Positions 1 to 10,284 are shown, numbered from the stretch's first letter. The stretch is 64,000 bases of DNA from an uncultured Ignavibacteria bacterium (GCA_947084945.1 CAMTUP010000005.1:12535-76534); one strand, 5' to 3'. Notes: generated from the letters alone by a model not told the origin. Made by a program: numbers and translations.

Positions 1-755
1 CCTATTATCTGAATTGCTTCTGCAATTCTTTCTAATGCCTGTTTTTTATTATACTGCAAAGAATCCATACCTTTAAAATGATAAATCCAAACAGCTTTTC
101 TGAAATTATCATATTTAGAATTCAACAACTCTGACGGATACACGCTTCTTGATTGCTTTAAACTTGAATTATCTACCCATCCTTTACCATCGCTGTTAGC
201 AATAGCAAGGTTTACAATGTTCTGAGCTTTCTGGAATCTTACAGTACCTAAAGAAGACTCCCATGAATCATCATCGTATCCAACTATCATATAAGCATAA
301 TAATCAAGAAAACTTGTCAGGTTATTATACTTCTGATCATCGTGATAAAAATTTTGTCCCTTTACGTAATTAAAAGCCCAGTTTTCATCTTTTACCCTGA
401 AAATAGTAGTGAATTTATCAGTCTTATAAATATTTCTTTGTACACCAACAACCAATTGAGCCTCGTAGCTATCTACCCCGGTAACTGTTCTGAAATAGAA
501 AGAGAAACTGCATTTTATTTTGTATGGTTTTCCCCTTACATCATTTACAATGTTTTCATCGCTGAACTTAGTTTTGTTCAGATAATTCTTAACATCGTTT
601 TTAAAGTTAACAAGCCTATCTCTAATATCAATATTAATAGCAGAAAGATCTACATCAACAGTAGCATCAAGCTCCTGTGCTATAATAGGTTTAAAGAAAC
701 AAGGGGTTAAGAAAATTGCAAATAAAATGAAAATTTTCTTAGATATTTTTTGCAT
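1..755 (-). CDS. DUF4835 / PorD-like T9SS accessory protein (C-terminus cut by window edge)
   Basis: Missing from the ORF track because it is open at the window edge. Reverse translation from the ATG (complement of 753-755) gives signal peptide MQKISKKIFILFAIFLTPCFFKPIIAQ. It continues ...NLTSFLDYYAYMIVGYDDDSWE...GKGW...FRKAVWIYHFKGMDSL, which matches my memory of the DUF4835 pattern. No stop down to base 1. Confidence 0.65.
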   Translation of the reverse strand, partial: MQKISKKIFILFAIFLTPCFFKPIIAQELDATVDVDLSAINIDIRDRLVNFKNDVKNYLNKTKFSDENIVNDVRGKPYKIKCSFSFYFRTVTGVDSYEAQLVVGVQRNIYKTDKFTTIFRVKDENWAFNYVKGQNFYHDDQKYNNLTSFLDYYAYMIVGYDDDSWESSLGTVRFQKAQNIVNLAIANSDGKGWVDNSSLKQSRSVYPSELLNSKYDNFRKAVWIYHFKGMDSLQYNKKQALERIAEAIQII

Positions 756-1096
756 TTTTAACAAATAATTCATACTTTTACATTTCAAGTTAATCAAACA
801 AGCTAAAATAATCAATCCACGCTTTTTTAATGATTATTTAGTGAGTATGGATAAAAACTGAAAATCAACTCATAGTTTATAATTGTTTTATTGTTAGTTT
901 TGTTCCGCAATTCTATTACCCAATTTGAGATAATTGATATCGGCTGACTTGCATTTAAAACAGATTTTTTAAGATGTGGTTTTTTTCGGTATTTAATATA
1001 AACCACCCAAAGATTTTGAGGTGAAAAAGAAGTGAAGAGATTGCAGATTGCCCGCATTGCGGGATTTCAATCAGGTTGCAGGTTAAGGATTACTTC

Positions 1097-1576
1097 TTAT
1101 TCTATTATTTCCAGATTATCACCCTCATAATCCATAATAATTTTTCTTAGATAATCGGGCAGACGTTCGGGTCTGTTAGTATCAGCATTCAGGTTAACCT
1201 GAACGGATTTTTGGGTTATCAAAAGTCTTCCGGTTTCGTGGTGATAGATTAGGTGTTCAAAGCAAAAGCTAGAATTTTTAATGTATGAAATACGGGTATA
1301 GATATCAAGCAAATCATCAACTATTGCAGGTGATTCGTAATTAATTTCATTTCGCTTTACATTTATTTTTATGCCGTTATCGGTTATCCCGATTGGCAAT
1401 ATGTTGATACCAAGATTGCGAACATATTCAACTCTGCCAATTTCACAATACTCAAGATATATGGCATTATGAACAATGCCCTGTGAATCCACCTGAAAGT
1501 TACGGACTCTTAGCTGGAATTTTTGTTTGTATTTAGATTTGTTGAGTTCCATAATGTCTTTATCCGGTACAGACAA
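1097..1576 (-). CDS. acyl-CoA thioesterase, 4HBT/YbgC-like hotdog fold
   Basis: 159 aa. The QVDSQGIVHNAIYLEYCEIGRVEYVRNLG segment is typical of the YbgC/4HBT thioesterase N-terminal region. Confidence 0.7.
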   Translation of the reverse strand: MSVPDKDIMELNKSKYKQKFQLRVRNFQVDSQGIVHNAIYLEYCEIGRVEYVRNLGINILPIGITDNGIKINVKRNEINYESPAIVDDLLDIYTRISYIKNSSFCFEHLIYHHETGRLLITQKSVQVNLNADTNRPERLPDYLRKIIMDYEGDNLEIIE

Positions 1577-1595
1577 GAATGTCTGTGCTACTAAT

Positions 1596-2606
1596 TTACA
1601 ATGATTTAAAAATCTCTATTGCCTGTTCGGTTTGTTCTGCACTTACATCCATATGAAAAACAGCGCGCATAAATGTAGTTTTATCATTAGAGACTAATAG
1701 CCCCTTTGCTTCACAATCTTCTCTTATCTTAAAAGCGTCACGTTTTGTCTTAAAAATAACAATATTTGTCTGAACTGTTGATAGGTCTATTTCTATGAAT
1801 GGAAGCTTTGATATTTCTTCGGCAAAATGTCTGGCATTTATGTGGTCATCCTTAAGTCTGGTAACATTATTATCCAAAGCATAAATAGCCCCTGCAGCAA
1901 TAATTCCCACCTGACGCATTCCCCCGCCAAGTATTTTACGGAATTTGTGGGCACGGGTGATAAAATCTACATCACCACAAAGTATAGAACCTATTGGCGC
2001 ACCGAGACCTTTGGAAAAACAAAAAGTAATTGAGTCAACATGAGAAGCATACTCTTTTATGCTAACACCTGATTTAACCGAAGCATTAAAAATTCTTGCA
2101 CCATCAAGATGAAGTTTGAGATTATTATCTTTAGCAAGTGAGCTTATTTTCTTAATATCTTCTAAAGGGTAAATTGTACCACCAGCGCGGTTATGGGTAT
2201 TTTCGATGCAAATCAGTGATGTTTTTGGATAGTGATACCAGTCGGGTCTGATATTATTTTTCACATCAACGGTATCTAATACCCCCATATTGCCTTTTAA
2301 TGGCATAACCTGGACTCCTGAAATGAATGAGGGTGCTGCGATTTCATATTTTACTATGTGTGAATCGCACTCAGCAATTATTTCTTCGGCTGGATTGGTA
2401 TGACATTTAATAGCAATCTGGTTCCCCATACAGCCTGATGTAACAAAAAGAGCCGCCGGTTTACCGGTCAGCACTTTACATTTATCCTGTAATAGATTTA
2501 CAGTAGGGTCATCACCCCAGACATCATCGCCTACTTCAGCATACGCCATTGCTTCACGCATAGCTTTTGAGGGTTTTGTAACTGTATCAGAGCGGAGATC
2601 AATCAA
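1596..2606 (-). CDS. ltaE: low-specificity L-threonine aldolase
   Basis: 336 aa. The N-terminus IDLRSDTVTKPSKAMREAM and the FCFSKGLGAPIGS PLP-lysine region are classic beta-eliminating lyase/threonine aldolase. TTG start. Confidence 0.85.
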   Translation of the reverse strand: MIDLRSDTVTKPSKAMREAMAYAEVGDDVWGDDPTVNLLQDKCKVLTGKPAALFVTSGCMGNQIAIKCHTNPAEEIIAECDSHIVKYEIAAPSFISGVQVMPLKGNMGVLDTVDVKNNIRPDWYHYPKTSLICIENTHNRAGGTIYPLEDIKKISSLAKDNNLKLHLDGARIFNASVKSGVSIKEYASHVDSITFCFSKGLGAPIGSILCGDVDFITRAHKFRKILGGGMRQVGIIAAGAIYALDNNVTRLKDDHINARHFAEEISKLPFIEIDLSTVQTNIVIFKTKRDAFKIREDCEAKGLLVSNDKTTFMRAVFHMDVSAEQTEQAIEIFKSL

Positions 2607-2929
2607 TATTTCACCAATTTGGTTTCAATATAATGGAGTCTATTATTTAGGAAATAAGATAAATCTTCAAAATGATTCTTAGAATAAATTTTAAGTATTT
2701 TCTTTAGGTTTTCGAAGTAAATAAAATCATTTATGGTGAAAACATTATTAAAACTATTTTGATAGTCAATAAAAAAACAACAAATCATTTCAACTCTGAA
2801 TAAACAAGCATCATAAAACATTTCATTCTTTCTTAAACTATAAAGTTCCTGGTTAGAGGAATATTCATGAAGTATTTTAATACTTTGTTTTAAACAGTTT
2901 ATTAAATCTTCATTTATTTCCTTTTTCAT
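2603..2929 (-). CDS. HEPN/DUF86-like partner of the MNT nucleotidyltransferase (putative toxin, motif degenerate)
   Basis: 108 aa, 4-bp overlap with the upstream MNT gene. Size and position fit HepT, but I cannot find a clean R-x4-H-x-Y motif (only NNRLHYIE near the C-terminus). Confidence 0.4.
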   Translation of the reverse strand: MKKEINEDLINCLKQSIKILHEYSSNQELYSLRKNEMFYDACLFRVEMICCFFIDYQNSFNNVFTINDFIYFENLKKILKIYSKNHFEDLSYFLNNRLHYIETKLVKY

Positions 2930-3210
2930 TGATAGAGTACAACCAGATCTTTCTGTATATACTTATCAACCAAAGGATTAATCCCACCTTCCATAACCAT
3001 GTCAACCCGTAAACCAATTTTATCCTGTAAATCCAATTGATATCCTGCAAAATCAAATAATGTAATTGGGTCACGAAAATCTACCAGAACATCAATATCA
3101 CTATCCTGTGTTTCCTCATCTCTTACATAAGAACCAAATACAGCAACCTTTGTGGCTCCTTTGCTTTTAAGGAATTCTACTATTTCGCTATATAATTTTT
3201 GTTTATCCAA
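2926..3210 (-). CDS. minimal nucleotidyltransferase (MNT/MntA-like antitoxin)
   Basis: 94 aa. The GSYVRDEETQDSDIDVLVDF motif is the G-S-x(n)-D-x-D pol-beta NTase signature. Confidence 0.8.
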   Translation of the reverse strand: MDKQKLYSEIVEFLKSKGATKVAVFGSYVRDEETQDSDIDVLVDFRDPITLFDFAGYQLDLQDKIGLRVDMVMEGGINPLVDKYIQKDLVVLYQ

Positions 3211-3280
3211 AATAATTCAAGACTACTTCTTTCACTTTGTTAAATAAGTCAAGAAAGTCCGTTTATGGTTTTTTATTAAT

Positions 3281-3402
3281 CCCCGACCTAAAGAGGCTGT
3301 CTTAAAAATCTTAATTTTGAAAAATTTATGTTAAAATTATTAAAGATTCCTGCTTTCGCAGGAATGACAAAGCACTTTTGAGACAACCTCTAAATGTCGG
3401 GG
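3281..3402. repeat. MITE-like unit: imperfect ~27-bp inverted termini enclosing a family-A hairpin
   Basis: CCCCGACCTAAAGAGGCTGTCTTAAAA (3281-3307) matches the reverse complement of CTTTTGAGACAACCTCTAAATGTCGGGG (3375-3402) at about 22 of 27 positions. Hairpin 3345-3370 lies inside. Confidence 0.5.
3345..3370 (+). repeat. family-A hairpin (GATTCCYGC-loop-GCRGGAATGACAA)
   Basis: gattcctgctttcgcaggaatgacaa: 7-bp stem plus a conserved non-palindromic ATGACAA tail. Confidence 0.75.
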
Positions 3403-3423
3403 CTATTATACTATAATTTAATA

Positions 3424-3470
3424 GATTCCCGCATACCTGCCTGCCGCAGGCACGGAGCAGGAATGACAAA
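3424..3470 (+). repeat. family-A hairpin, long-loop variant
   Basis: gattcccgcatacctgcctgccgcaggcacggagcaggaatgacaaa. Near-identical loop to copy 30387-30434. Ends 9 nt from the gyrA stop. Confidence 0.75.
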
Positions 3471-3478
3471 AAAAGATT

Positions 3479-5929
3479 TTACTCCTCAACTTCATCGTCT
3501 TCACCAACAACGCTTGCAACGGCTGAAATTGTATCGCCTTCGTGTAGTTTTATGAGTCTGACGCCCTGTGTATTTCTACCCATTACTCTTATTTCGCCAA
3601 GATTCTGCCTAATCATAATACCTTTTGTAGTAATAATCATCAGGTCATCGTTATCAACAACTTCTCTTATAGAAATAACATTTCCGTTCTTATCGCTTGA
3701 TTTCATCGTTATAACGCCTTTTCCTCCTCGTCTTGTCATTCTGTAATCCTGTAGGTCACTTCGTTTACCGTAACCCTTATCGGTAACAACAAGAATTGAT
3801 GTACCTGGACGCTTGACCGCAACTAGTCCCACAACAAAATCCTTTTTACCAAGTCTTATTGCTCTTACACCTGCAGCAGTTCTGCCCATTGACCGGATAT
3901 CGCTTTCGTTGAATCTGATAGCCATACCCCCGTGTGTACCTATTAGAATTTCCTGTTTGCCGTTTGTTAATTGTACATCTATAAGCGAATCATCTTTACC
4001 AAGACTGATAGCAATTATTCCGCCCTTACGAGTATTTTCAAAATTTGCAAGATCTGTTTTCTTCATCGTGCCCTGTTTAGTAACCATGGTTATGAACATA
4101 TTCTCGCCAAAATCCTTGACATTAAGAATAGCAGTGATTTCTTCTTCTTTGGTTTTACCAATATAGTTAGCAACAGAATAACCTTTTGCGGTTCTTGACG
4201 CTTCCTGTATTTCATGTACCTTCAGCATATAACATTTACCTGCATCTGTAAAGAACATGAGATGATTATGAGTAGATGCTACAAACATATGCTCTATGAA
4301 ATCATCTTCACGGGTTGTAGCACCAATCATTCCTTTGCCTCCGCGTGATTGTCTGCGATAGCCGCTAACAGGTGTACGTTTAATATATCCGCTATGACTT
4401 ATTGTAATAACAACATCTTCTTCTTTGATGAATTCCTTAATGAATTCTTCATCGCTTATCTTTACGGCATTCATAACAATTTCAGTACGTCTCTCATCAC
4501 CATATGTTTCTTTTAAATGTTTCAATTCATCGGTTAAAATCTCGCGTCTTAGGGCATCGCTAGCAAGGATTCTTTTTAATTTTTCTATAGCCTTCAGCAA
4601 TTCGCGGAATTCTTCTTCAATTTTCTTTCGCTCAAGACCGGTTAAACGCTGCAGCCTCATTTCAAGTATAGCTTTTGATTGCATCTCGGAAAGTTTGAAA
4701 CGTTTCATTAATCTTTCCTGGGCAGTAGGTACATCCTTAGATTTTTTGATAACTTCAATGACTTCATCAATGTTATCAAGGGCAATCATATATCCTTCTA
4801 AGATATGCGCGCGTTTTTCTGCTGCATCAAGATCAAACTTAGTGCGTCTTATTATAACGGTAAGCCTGTGTTTGATGAAGTTGCTCATCATATCTTTTAA
4901 AGTAAGCACACCCGGGATACCGTCAACTAATGCAAGCAGTATAACACCAAAAGTAACCTGCATCTGTGTATGTTTGAAAAGATTATTAAGTATCACATTA
5001 GCTGCACCGCCACGTTTAACATCTATTACAACCCTTAATCCATCTTTATCAGATTCATCCCTTACATCAGAGATATCTTCTATTTTTTTATCACGAACTA
5101 AATGTGCAATATTTTCTATCAGGTTAGCTTTATTAACCTGATAAGGAAGTTCTGAAACGATTATAGTTTCTCTATCGCCTTTGCCTACTTCAATTCTTGC
5201 TTTGGCACGGATAATTATTTTACCTCTGCCTGTAGTGTAAGCAGATTTAACACCTTCAAAACCCCATATTATTCCACCAGTTGGAAAATCAGGCGCTTTG
5301 ATATACTTCATTATTTTTTCTACAGGAAGCTCAGAATCTTTTATAAGAGCAATTAAGCCGTCAACTACTTCATTCAGGTTATGAGGCGGTACATTTGTAG
5401 CCATACCAACTGCAATACCACTGGAGCCGTTTACAAGCAGATTAGGGAGAATAGTAGGAAGTACAGATGGTTCTTTAGTAGTATCATCATAATTTGCAAC
5501 AAAATCTACGGTATTCTTATCAAGATCAGCAAGAATATTACTTGATATATGAGCAAGCCTTACTTCAGTATAACGCATAGCTGCGGGTGAATCACCATCA
5601 ACAGAGCCAAAATTTCCCTGTCCGTCTATTAGCGGATACCTAAGCGAGAAATCCTGCACCATACGCACAATTGTATCATAAACCGCTTTATCTCCATGCG
5701 GATGGTATTTACCAAGTACATCACCAACTACCCTAGCGGACTTTTTATATGTTCGGTTAGGCTGAAGCCCGAGTTCATTCATACCAAAGAGTACTCTGCG
5801 GTGAACAGGCTTTAATCCATCTCTTACATCGGGTAAAGCGCGAGCAACAATTACGCTCATAGAGTAATCGAGGTAAGAGCTTTGCATTTCCTCTTCAATA
5901 TTTACAGGAATTATTTTTTCGTTAGCCAT
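3479..5929 (-). CDS. gyrA: DNA gyrase subunit A
   Basis: 816 aa. Contains [23 protein letters not shown], the AAMRYTE active-site Tyr region and C-terminal beta-pinwheel repeats. Confidence 0.97.
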   Translation of the reverse strand: MANEKIIPVNIEEEMQSSYLDYSMSVIVARALPDVRDGLKPVHRRVLFGMNELGLQPNRTYKKSARVVGDVLGKYHPHGDKAVYDTIVRMVQDFSLRYPLIDGQGNFGSVDGDSPAAMRYTEVRLAHISSNILADLDKNTVDFVANYDDTTKEPSVLPTILPNLLVNGSSGIAVGMATNVPPHNLNEVVDGLIALIKDSELPVEKIMKYIKAPDFPTGGIIWGFEGVKSAYTTGRGKIIIRAKARIEVGKGDRETIIVSELPYQVNKANLIENIAHLVRDKKIEDISDVRDESDKDGLRVVIDVKRGGAANVILNNLFKHTQMQVTFGVILLALVDGIPGVLTLKDMMSNFIKHRLTVIIRRTKFDLDAAEKRAHILEGYMIALDNIDEVIEVIKKSKDVPTAQERLMKRFKLSEMQSKAILEMRLQRLTGLERKKIEEEFRELLKAIEKLKRILASDALRREILTDELKHLKETYGDERRTEIVMNAVKISDEEFIKEFIKEEDVVITISHSGYIKRTPVSGYRRQSRGGKGMIGATTREDDFIEHMFVASTHNHLMFFTDAGKCYMLKVHEIQEASRTAKGYSVANYIGKTKEEEITAILNVKDFGENMFITMVTKQGTMKKTDLANFENTRKGGIIAISLGKDDSLIDVQLTNGKQEILIGTHGGMAIRFNESDIRSMGRTAAGVRAIRLGKKDFVVGLVAVKRPGTSILVVTDKGYGKRSDLQDYRMTRRGGKGVITMKSSDKNGNVISIREVVDNDDLMIITTKGIMIRQNLGEIRVMGRNTQGVRLIKLHEGDTISAVASVVGEDDEVEE

Positions 5930-6214
5930 TTATATTTGTAATATGTATAAAATTATAATTTTTTATTTTGTCTTAACCCTGATTCACTTGTTTATACGAT
6001 TTTCCTGATTGGAAAAAATGTAAAATAAATCATGGTTATCTTTTTAATCCTTTAAATCATGTTATTGTTTTCAATAAACTGTTTGAGGTCGTAAAATTAT
6101 GCTGCTCCGGGATTTATTTTTTCTGCTCCCAATATGGATAAAATTCTTAAAAATTATTATTAACTCAAGACCGGAATTTTCTGTATTATCATTAAAAATA
6201 ACCAGAAATTAGCA

Positions 6215-6931
6215 TTAATTCAATTCAGAAATGAATACAGGAATGACTTTATTAAGACTAATTGAAGCAGTTTTTGAAGTGATTAATACATCTTCGTGAG
6301 CAGTAACTGAAATTGAATTTTCCCTTAACAAGTTTGTAATAATTGATACAGCTATAACATTAATTCCACAATAATTTGCATCATTTACTTCAGGTACGGT
6401 TGACATACCTACGGCATCAAGACCTATTTTTTTTTGCAACCTAATTTCAGCTTTTGTTTCATATGTTGGACCGCTGTAGCATCCATAAGTACCTTCTTGA
6501 AGTTTTACGTTTACTTTCCTGCATGCAGCTTTAAATTTTTCCTGAAGTGATTTATTGTAAATATCAGCAGTAAAATGTAGCTTAAGTTTATGAATAAAAT
6601 TTATATGTGATCTGACAAGCATAAGTTCGCCATCGCAGAAATTTTCATTTAATCCACCTGCAGCATTTGTGATAAGAATATATTTAACGCCAAGTATTTT
6701 TGCTATTCTAATATCAGAGGTAATTTCTTCAATAGAATAACCTTCATAAAAATGTTTTCGTCCTTTAAACACCAGAACTTCAATTCCTGATATTCTGCAG
6801 GTATAAATGAGTTTATGATGAACACCTTTGGTTTCCTCAAAAATTACATTCTTTTCAGAAATTATTTCATCATTTAGCTCAACCCCCGATCCGAGTATCA
6901 AACCTAAGACTATATTTGTATTTTTTATCAA
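6215..6931 (-). CDS. purine nucleoside phosphorylase (PNP/MTAP family 2)
   Basis: 238 aa. Motifs GRKHFYEG, ITNAAGGLN, GPTYETKAE and GMSTVPEV. Confidence 0.85.
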   Translation of the reverse strand: MIKNTNIVLGLILGSGVELNDEIISEKNVIFEETKGVHHKLIYTCRISGIEVLVFKGRKHFYEGYSIEEITSDIRIAKILGVKYILITNAAGGLNENFCDGELMLVRSHINFIHKLKLHFTADIYNKSLQEKFKAACRKVNVKLQEGTYGCYSGPTYETKAEIRLQKKIGLDAVGMSTVPEVNDANYCGINVIAVSIITNLLRENSISVTAHEDVLITSKTASISLNKVIPVFISELN

Positions 6932-7102
6932 TTTACAGGTAATATTTCTTTTTATATTTCAAAATAATTTAATTTTGTGCAAATTTACACGTGAAAATAC
7001 GGTATATTTTTATGAAATTTTAGCGTATTTTGCGGTATGAAACATTAAGTCAAGAAATTTTGTTTAAATATTAAAGAATTAATACATAAATCAGAAAAAT
7101 AA

Positions 7103-7588
7103 ATGGTGACCGAATCCAGCATATCAAAAGCACAGGAATACCTGGAAAAAGCATATAATCTACAAATGGATGGAAATTATGAGGAAGCTATCAGAAATTA
7201 CAAGCTTTCGATAGAATTCTTTCCAACAGCAGAAGCGCATACATTTCTTGGATGGGCATATAGTTTTTTAGGTGACCTTGAAAGGGCAATAGAAGAATGC
7301 AAGATAGCAATAGATATAGATATTGATTACGGAAATCCATACAACGATATTGGTTCATATTTAATTCAGCAGGGTGCTTATGATGAAGCCATAACATGGC
7401 TCGAAATGGCTCTTAAGGCTAAGAGGTATGATTCATATCAATACGCTCATTTAAATCTGGGCAGGGCTTATGAACTTAAAGGTTTATGGTTTGAAGCTTT
7501 AGATGAATACAAAACAGCAATGGGTTTGGCTCCAAAATATGAACTTGCTAAAAAGCTATATATTACTTTGCAGGGTAAACTAAACTAA
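7103..7588 (+). CDS. TPR repeat protein
   Basis: 161 aa with repeated A-x-x-Y-x-x-A-I/L 34-residue helical pattern (EEAIRNYKLSIEF, ERAIEECKIAIDID, DEAITWLEMALKA, FEALDEYKTAMGL). Confidence 0.7.
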   Translation: MVTESSISKAQEYLEKAYNLQMDGNYEEAIRNYKLSIEFFPTAEAHTFLGWAYSFLGDLERAIEECKIAIDIDIDYGNPYNDIGSYLIQQGAYDEAITWLEMALKAKRYDSYQYAHLNLGRAYELKGLWFEALDEYKTAMGLAPKYELAKKLYITLQGKLN

Positions 7589-7636
7589 GTGTGAGACCTT
7601 TAGGTAAGTATAATTGAATTCTAAAAAAATATAATT

Positions 7637-8491
7637 ATGGAATATCTGAAAAAAGAGATACAGCATAAAGGATTTTATCCATTTGTTTTCCTATTTGTGA
7701 TACTAGTTGCATCAGCAGTTTTCCAAAGCTGCGAGCAGTCAAATATATTTTCAGATAAGGATGATGTTGAGCTTGGTGAGCAGTTTGATAAGGAAATTAA
7801 AGCCAACCCAAAGGAATTCCCAATGCTTGAAGGACACAAGGAAGTAAAGGATTATATATCCGAGATGGGTAAAGATATACTGAACTCTCCGAAGATAAAG
7901 AAAAGAAGCATTTATCCTTATCAGTTCCAGATAGTTGACGATACAATCATTAACGCTTTTTGTACACCTGGGGGTTTTGTATATATTTATACAGGGCTTA
8001 TAAAGTTTCTTGATAATGAATCAGCTCTTGCCGGTGTAGTTGGACACGAAATAGCGCATGCAGAAAGAAGACACGTTACACAAAGGCTTACAGCGTATTA
8101 TGGAGTAAGCATGTTATTAAGTTTTATACTTGGTGGCAATCCAAGCTTGCTAGCAGAAGTAGCAGCAAATCTCTTTGTGGGATTAGCATTCTTAAAAAAT
8201 TCGAGGGATGACGAAACCGAAGCTGATTATTATTCGATTCAATATTTAAAATCAACCAAATGGTACCCAGGCGGCATTACTTTCTTTTTTGATAAGATAA
8301 AAGAAGAGCAAAGAAAGAAAGGAGATACACCCGGAGATCTTGACAGGCTGCTATCCACTCACCCGCTTCCAAATGACAGAATAAGTTTTGTCAATAAGGA
8401 GTTAAGCAAAATCAATCCAAAGCCTGATCCGACAAAAGGCTTATTCACCGATGAATACCAGAGGATGAAGCAAAAATTACCTTCACGATAA
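7637..8491 (+). CDS. M48 family zinc metallopeptidase (secreted/lipoprotein)
   Basis: 284 aa. HEIAHAERRH is an HExxH motif with a downstream E-x-E-A-D. N-terminal hydrophobic segment ending in C. Confidence 0.85.
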   Translation: MEYLKKEIQHKGFYPFVFLFVILVASAVFQSCEQSNIFSDKDDVELGEQFDKEIKANPKEFPMLEGHKEVKDYISEMGKDILNSPKIKKRSIYPYQFQIVDDTIINAFCTPGGFVYIYTGLIKFLDNESALAGVVGHEIAHAERRHVTQRLTAYYGVSMLLSFILGGNPSLLAEVAANLFVGLAFLKNSRDDETEADYYSIQYLKSTKWYPGGITFFFDKIKEEQRKKGDTPGDLDRLLSTHPLPNDRISFVNKELSKINPKPDPTKGLFTDEYQRMKQKLPSR

Positions 8492-8524
8492 AAGTTATTT
8501 TTAAAATTTAACAATTCAATTAAG

Positions 8525-9064
8525 ATGTTTAACAAAACAATACTTAGCTTTATATTTTTAATTATTTTTACTTTCGGTTCTTTATTGCAAGCTCAGCCAG
8601 GAGATGAAAAAGTTGTAACTGATATTACTTATAAATTCACATTCAAACTTCCATCGGGCTGGGAAATGAAAGATATGAAAGAAACATCCGATAAGGATGG
8701 CATTTCATATTCATATGAAAGCAAAGATAAACTAATGGCCGTAATGATTCTTGCATTCAAACTGAATAGTGTTAAAAATATTGATGATTTTATTTATAAC
8801 CTTGAAAAAGATATCAACCTTAATATTCCGCAAAGATCAGGTGAATACAGCGATCAGGATTTTGGTAACTATGATATGAAAACCGCCTTATATAAAGATA
8901 GTAAGTTTAATGAAAATATTTATTATTACAGAACAAAACTTCCCGATGCTCCCAATAATTACGTATATATGGTTAGGTTCATAACGGAAACTAAGAATTA
9001 TACAACTGTTACCGAAACACTTATTAAAAATGCTGCCGTTACATTTATTCCTACAACTGAATAA
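8525..9064 (+). CDS. hypothetical secreted protein
   Basis: 179 aa. Signal peptide MFNKTILSFIFLIIFTFGSLLQAQ. No motif recognised. Confidence 0.5.
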   Translation: MFNKTILSFIFLIIFTFGSLLQAQPGDEKVVTDITYKFTFKLPSGWEMKDMKETSDKDGISYSYESKDKLMAVMILAFKLNSVKNIDDFIYNLEKDINLNIPQRSGEYSDQDFGNYDMKTALYKDSKFNENIYYYRTKLPDAPNNYVYMVRFITETKNYTTVTETLIKNAAVTFIPTTE

Positions 9065-9097
9065 ATAACAAATACTGAAATTAAATTCTTAGATAAT

Positions 9098-9532
9098 ATG
9101 AGTATAAATCCAATCCCTGAACGTTATAAAAATGTAATACCCTACTTAATTTGCAATAATACAGATAAAGTCATTGAATTCTGCCAGAAAGTATTTGATG
9201 CAAAACTAACTGATATAACCAAGCGGGATGATGGTAAGATAGTGCATGCGACTATACATATCAGAGATTCAGCGGTAATGTTAAGTGAATTCAGCGAAAA
9301 ATATCCCCCGTTCCCTGCAATGATGTATATTTACGTTGAAGATGTTGATTCAGTTTACAAGAAAGGAATTGATGCAGGCGGAATATCACTTCGCGAGCCT
9401 ACTGATGAATTTTATGGCGACAGGTCTTGCGGTTTGAAAGATACATCAGGCAACCAATGGTGGATTGCATCACATATTGAGGATGTATCGAATGAAGAAA
9501 TTGAGAGAAGACAACGAGAAATAAGTAAATAG
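9098..9532 (+). CDS. VOC (glyoxalase/bleomycin-resistance, PhnB-like) family protein
   Basis: 144 aa. The C-terminal FYGDRSCGLKDTSGNQWWIA motif is typical of PhnB-like VOC proteins. Confidence 0.75.
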   Translation: MSINPIPERYKNVIPYLICNNTDKVIEFCQKVFDAKLTDITKRDDGKIVHATIHIRDSAVMLSEFSEKYPPFPAMMYIYVEDVDSVYKKGIDAGGISLREPTDEFYGDRSCGLKDTSGNQWWIASHIEDVSNEEIERRQREISK

Positions 9533-9602
9533 TGAAATAGAGAAATAGCGAGATAAAACTTTTGTATCTTGTAATTAAATCTGAATAAACAGGATATTTG
9601 AA

Positions 9603-9803
9603 TTAATTTTCAGTATTAACTTCCTTTTTCTTTTCGTCAATCCTTTTTCTATATTCATCACCGGCTTTTTTAGATCTATTAATTATGTATTCGATAGATT
9701 CTTCAATTGATAATCCTTCAGTTTCCTCCATAATTTTTTCTCTTATTTCCCATATTTCAATCTGCGCTTTTGAAATTGCATTTGTTCTATCATAAATCTT
9801 CAT
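9603..9803 (-). CDS. small helical protein overlapping the PIN gene 3' end (putative antitoxin/partner)
   Basis: 66 aa. 14-nt overlap with the upstream PIN ORF. Charged helical sequence, no recognised motif. Confidence 0.4.
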   Translation of the reverse strand: MKIYDRTNAISKAQIEIWEIREKIMEETEGLSIEESIEYIINRSKKAGDEYRKRIDEKKKEVNTEN

Positions 9804-10284
9804 TGTTAAAAACCTCCATTGGTGTTGTAATCCTTAAATTAGTATAATAATTGTGAAGAACATTCAGAGCAGTTATCCTTCTTTCTCTTTCAATATTAGC
9901 AAGGTGTTTAAAGTTCCAGCTTAATAAGATATCAATTTCATTAATAACACAAACAGCTACATGTATTGCATCAAATGCACTTTTTTCAGAAAATATTTTA
10001 TTTCTAAGATAAATATTAGATAGCTCCTTTATCTCTTGAGATTCAGACACATTCAGAATATCTAATGAATATGTATCAATTACAGCCATTAATTCATTCC
10101 TTTTAGTTTCATTTTTTGTAGCCGTAATTTCATCAACAACCACATCCGATATACAAACATCATAAATTCCTGTTTTTACAAACTTATCAAAAAATTCTAT
10201 TGTGATTTTTTGAAATTCAGGAGCATCATCCGCAAATAAAAAGTTAACAACAGAAGTATCAAGATATATTTTTAGTTTTCTCAT
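9790..10284 (-). CDS. PIN domain protein (VapC-like putative toxin)
   Basis: Start moved to MRKLKIYLDTSVVN (ATG = complement of 10282-10284). Acidic PIN residues in IYLDTSV, VVVDEI and FDAIHVAVCV, followed by LLSWNFKHL. Confidence 0.7.
   Translation of the reverse strand: MRKLKIYLDTSVVNFLFADDAPEFQKITIEFFDKFVKTGIYDVCISDVVVDEITATKNETKRNELMAVIDTYSLDILNVSESQEIKELSNIYLRNKIFSEKSAFDAIHVAVCVINEIDILLSWNFKHLANIERERRITALNVLHNYYTNLRITTPMEVFNNEDL

Noticed and set aside
342-710. 122-aa + strand track ORF
   Set aside because: It lies antisense to the DUF4835/PorD-like gene, whose minus-strand frame is open from 755 to the window edge and carries a recognisable family pattern. The + ORF sequence is low-complexity.
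827-1057. 76-aa minus-strand track ORF between the thioesterase and the PorD-like gene
   Set aside because: No motif and odd composition. It sits in a promoter/terminator gap containing a CCCGC-ATT-GCGGG hairpin (1051-1063). Most likely non-coding.
3552-5141. Several + strand ORFs (64-238 aa) inside gyrA
   Set aside because: They are antisense shadows of a highly conserved gene, with Ser/Leu/Ile-rich low-complexity translations. The same reasoning applies to antisense ORFs inside ltaE, tyrS, comEC, rny, pheT, pepA, the PPIase genes and the aminotransferases.
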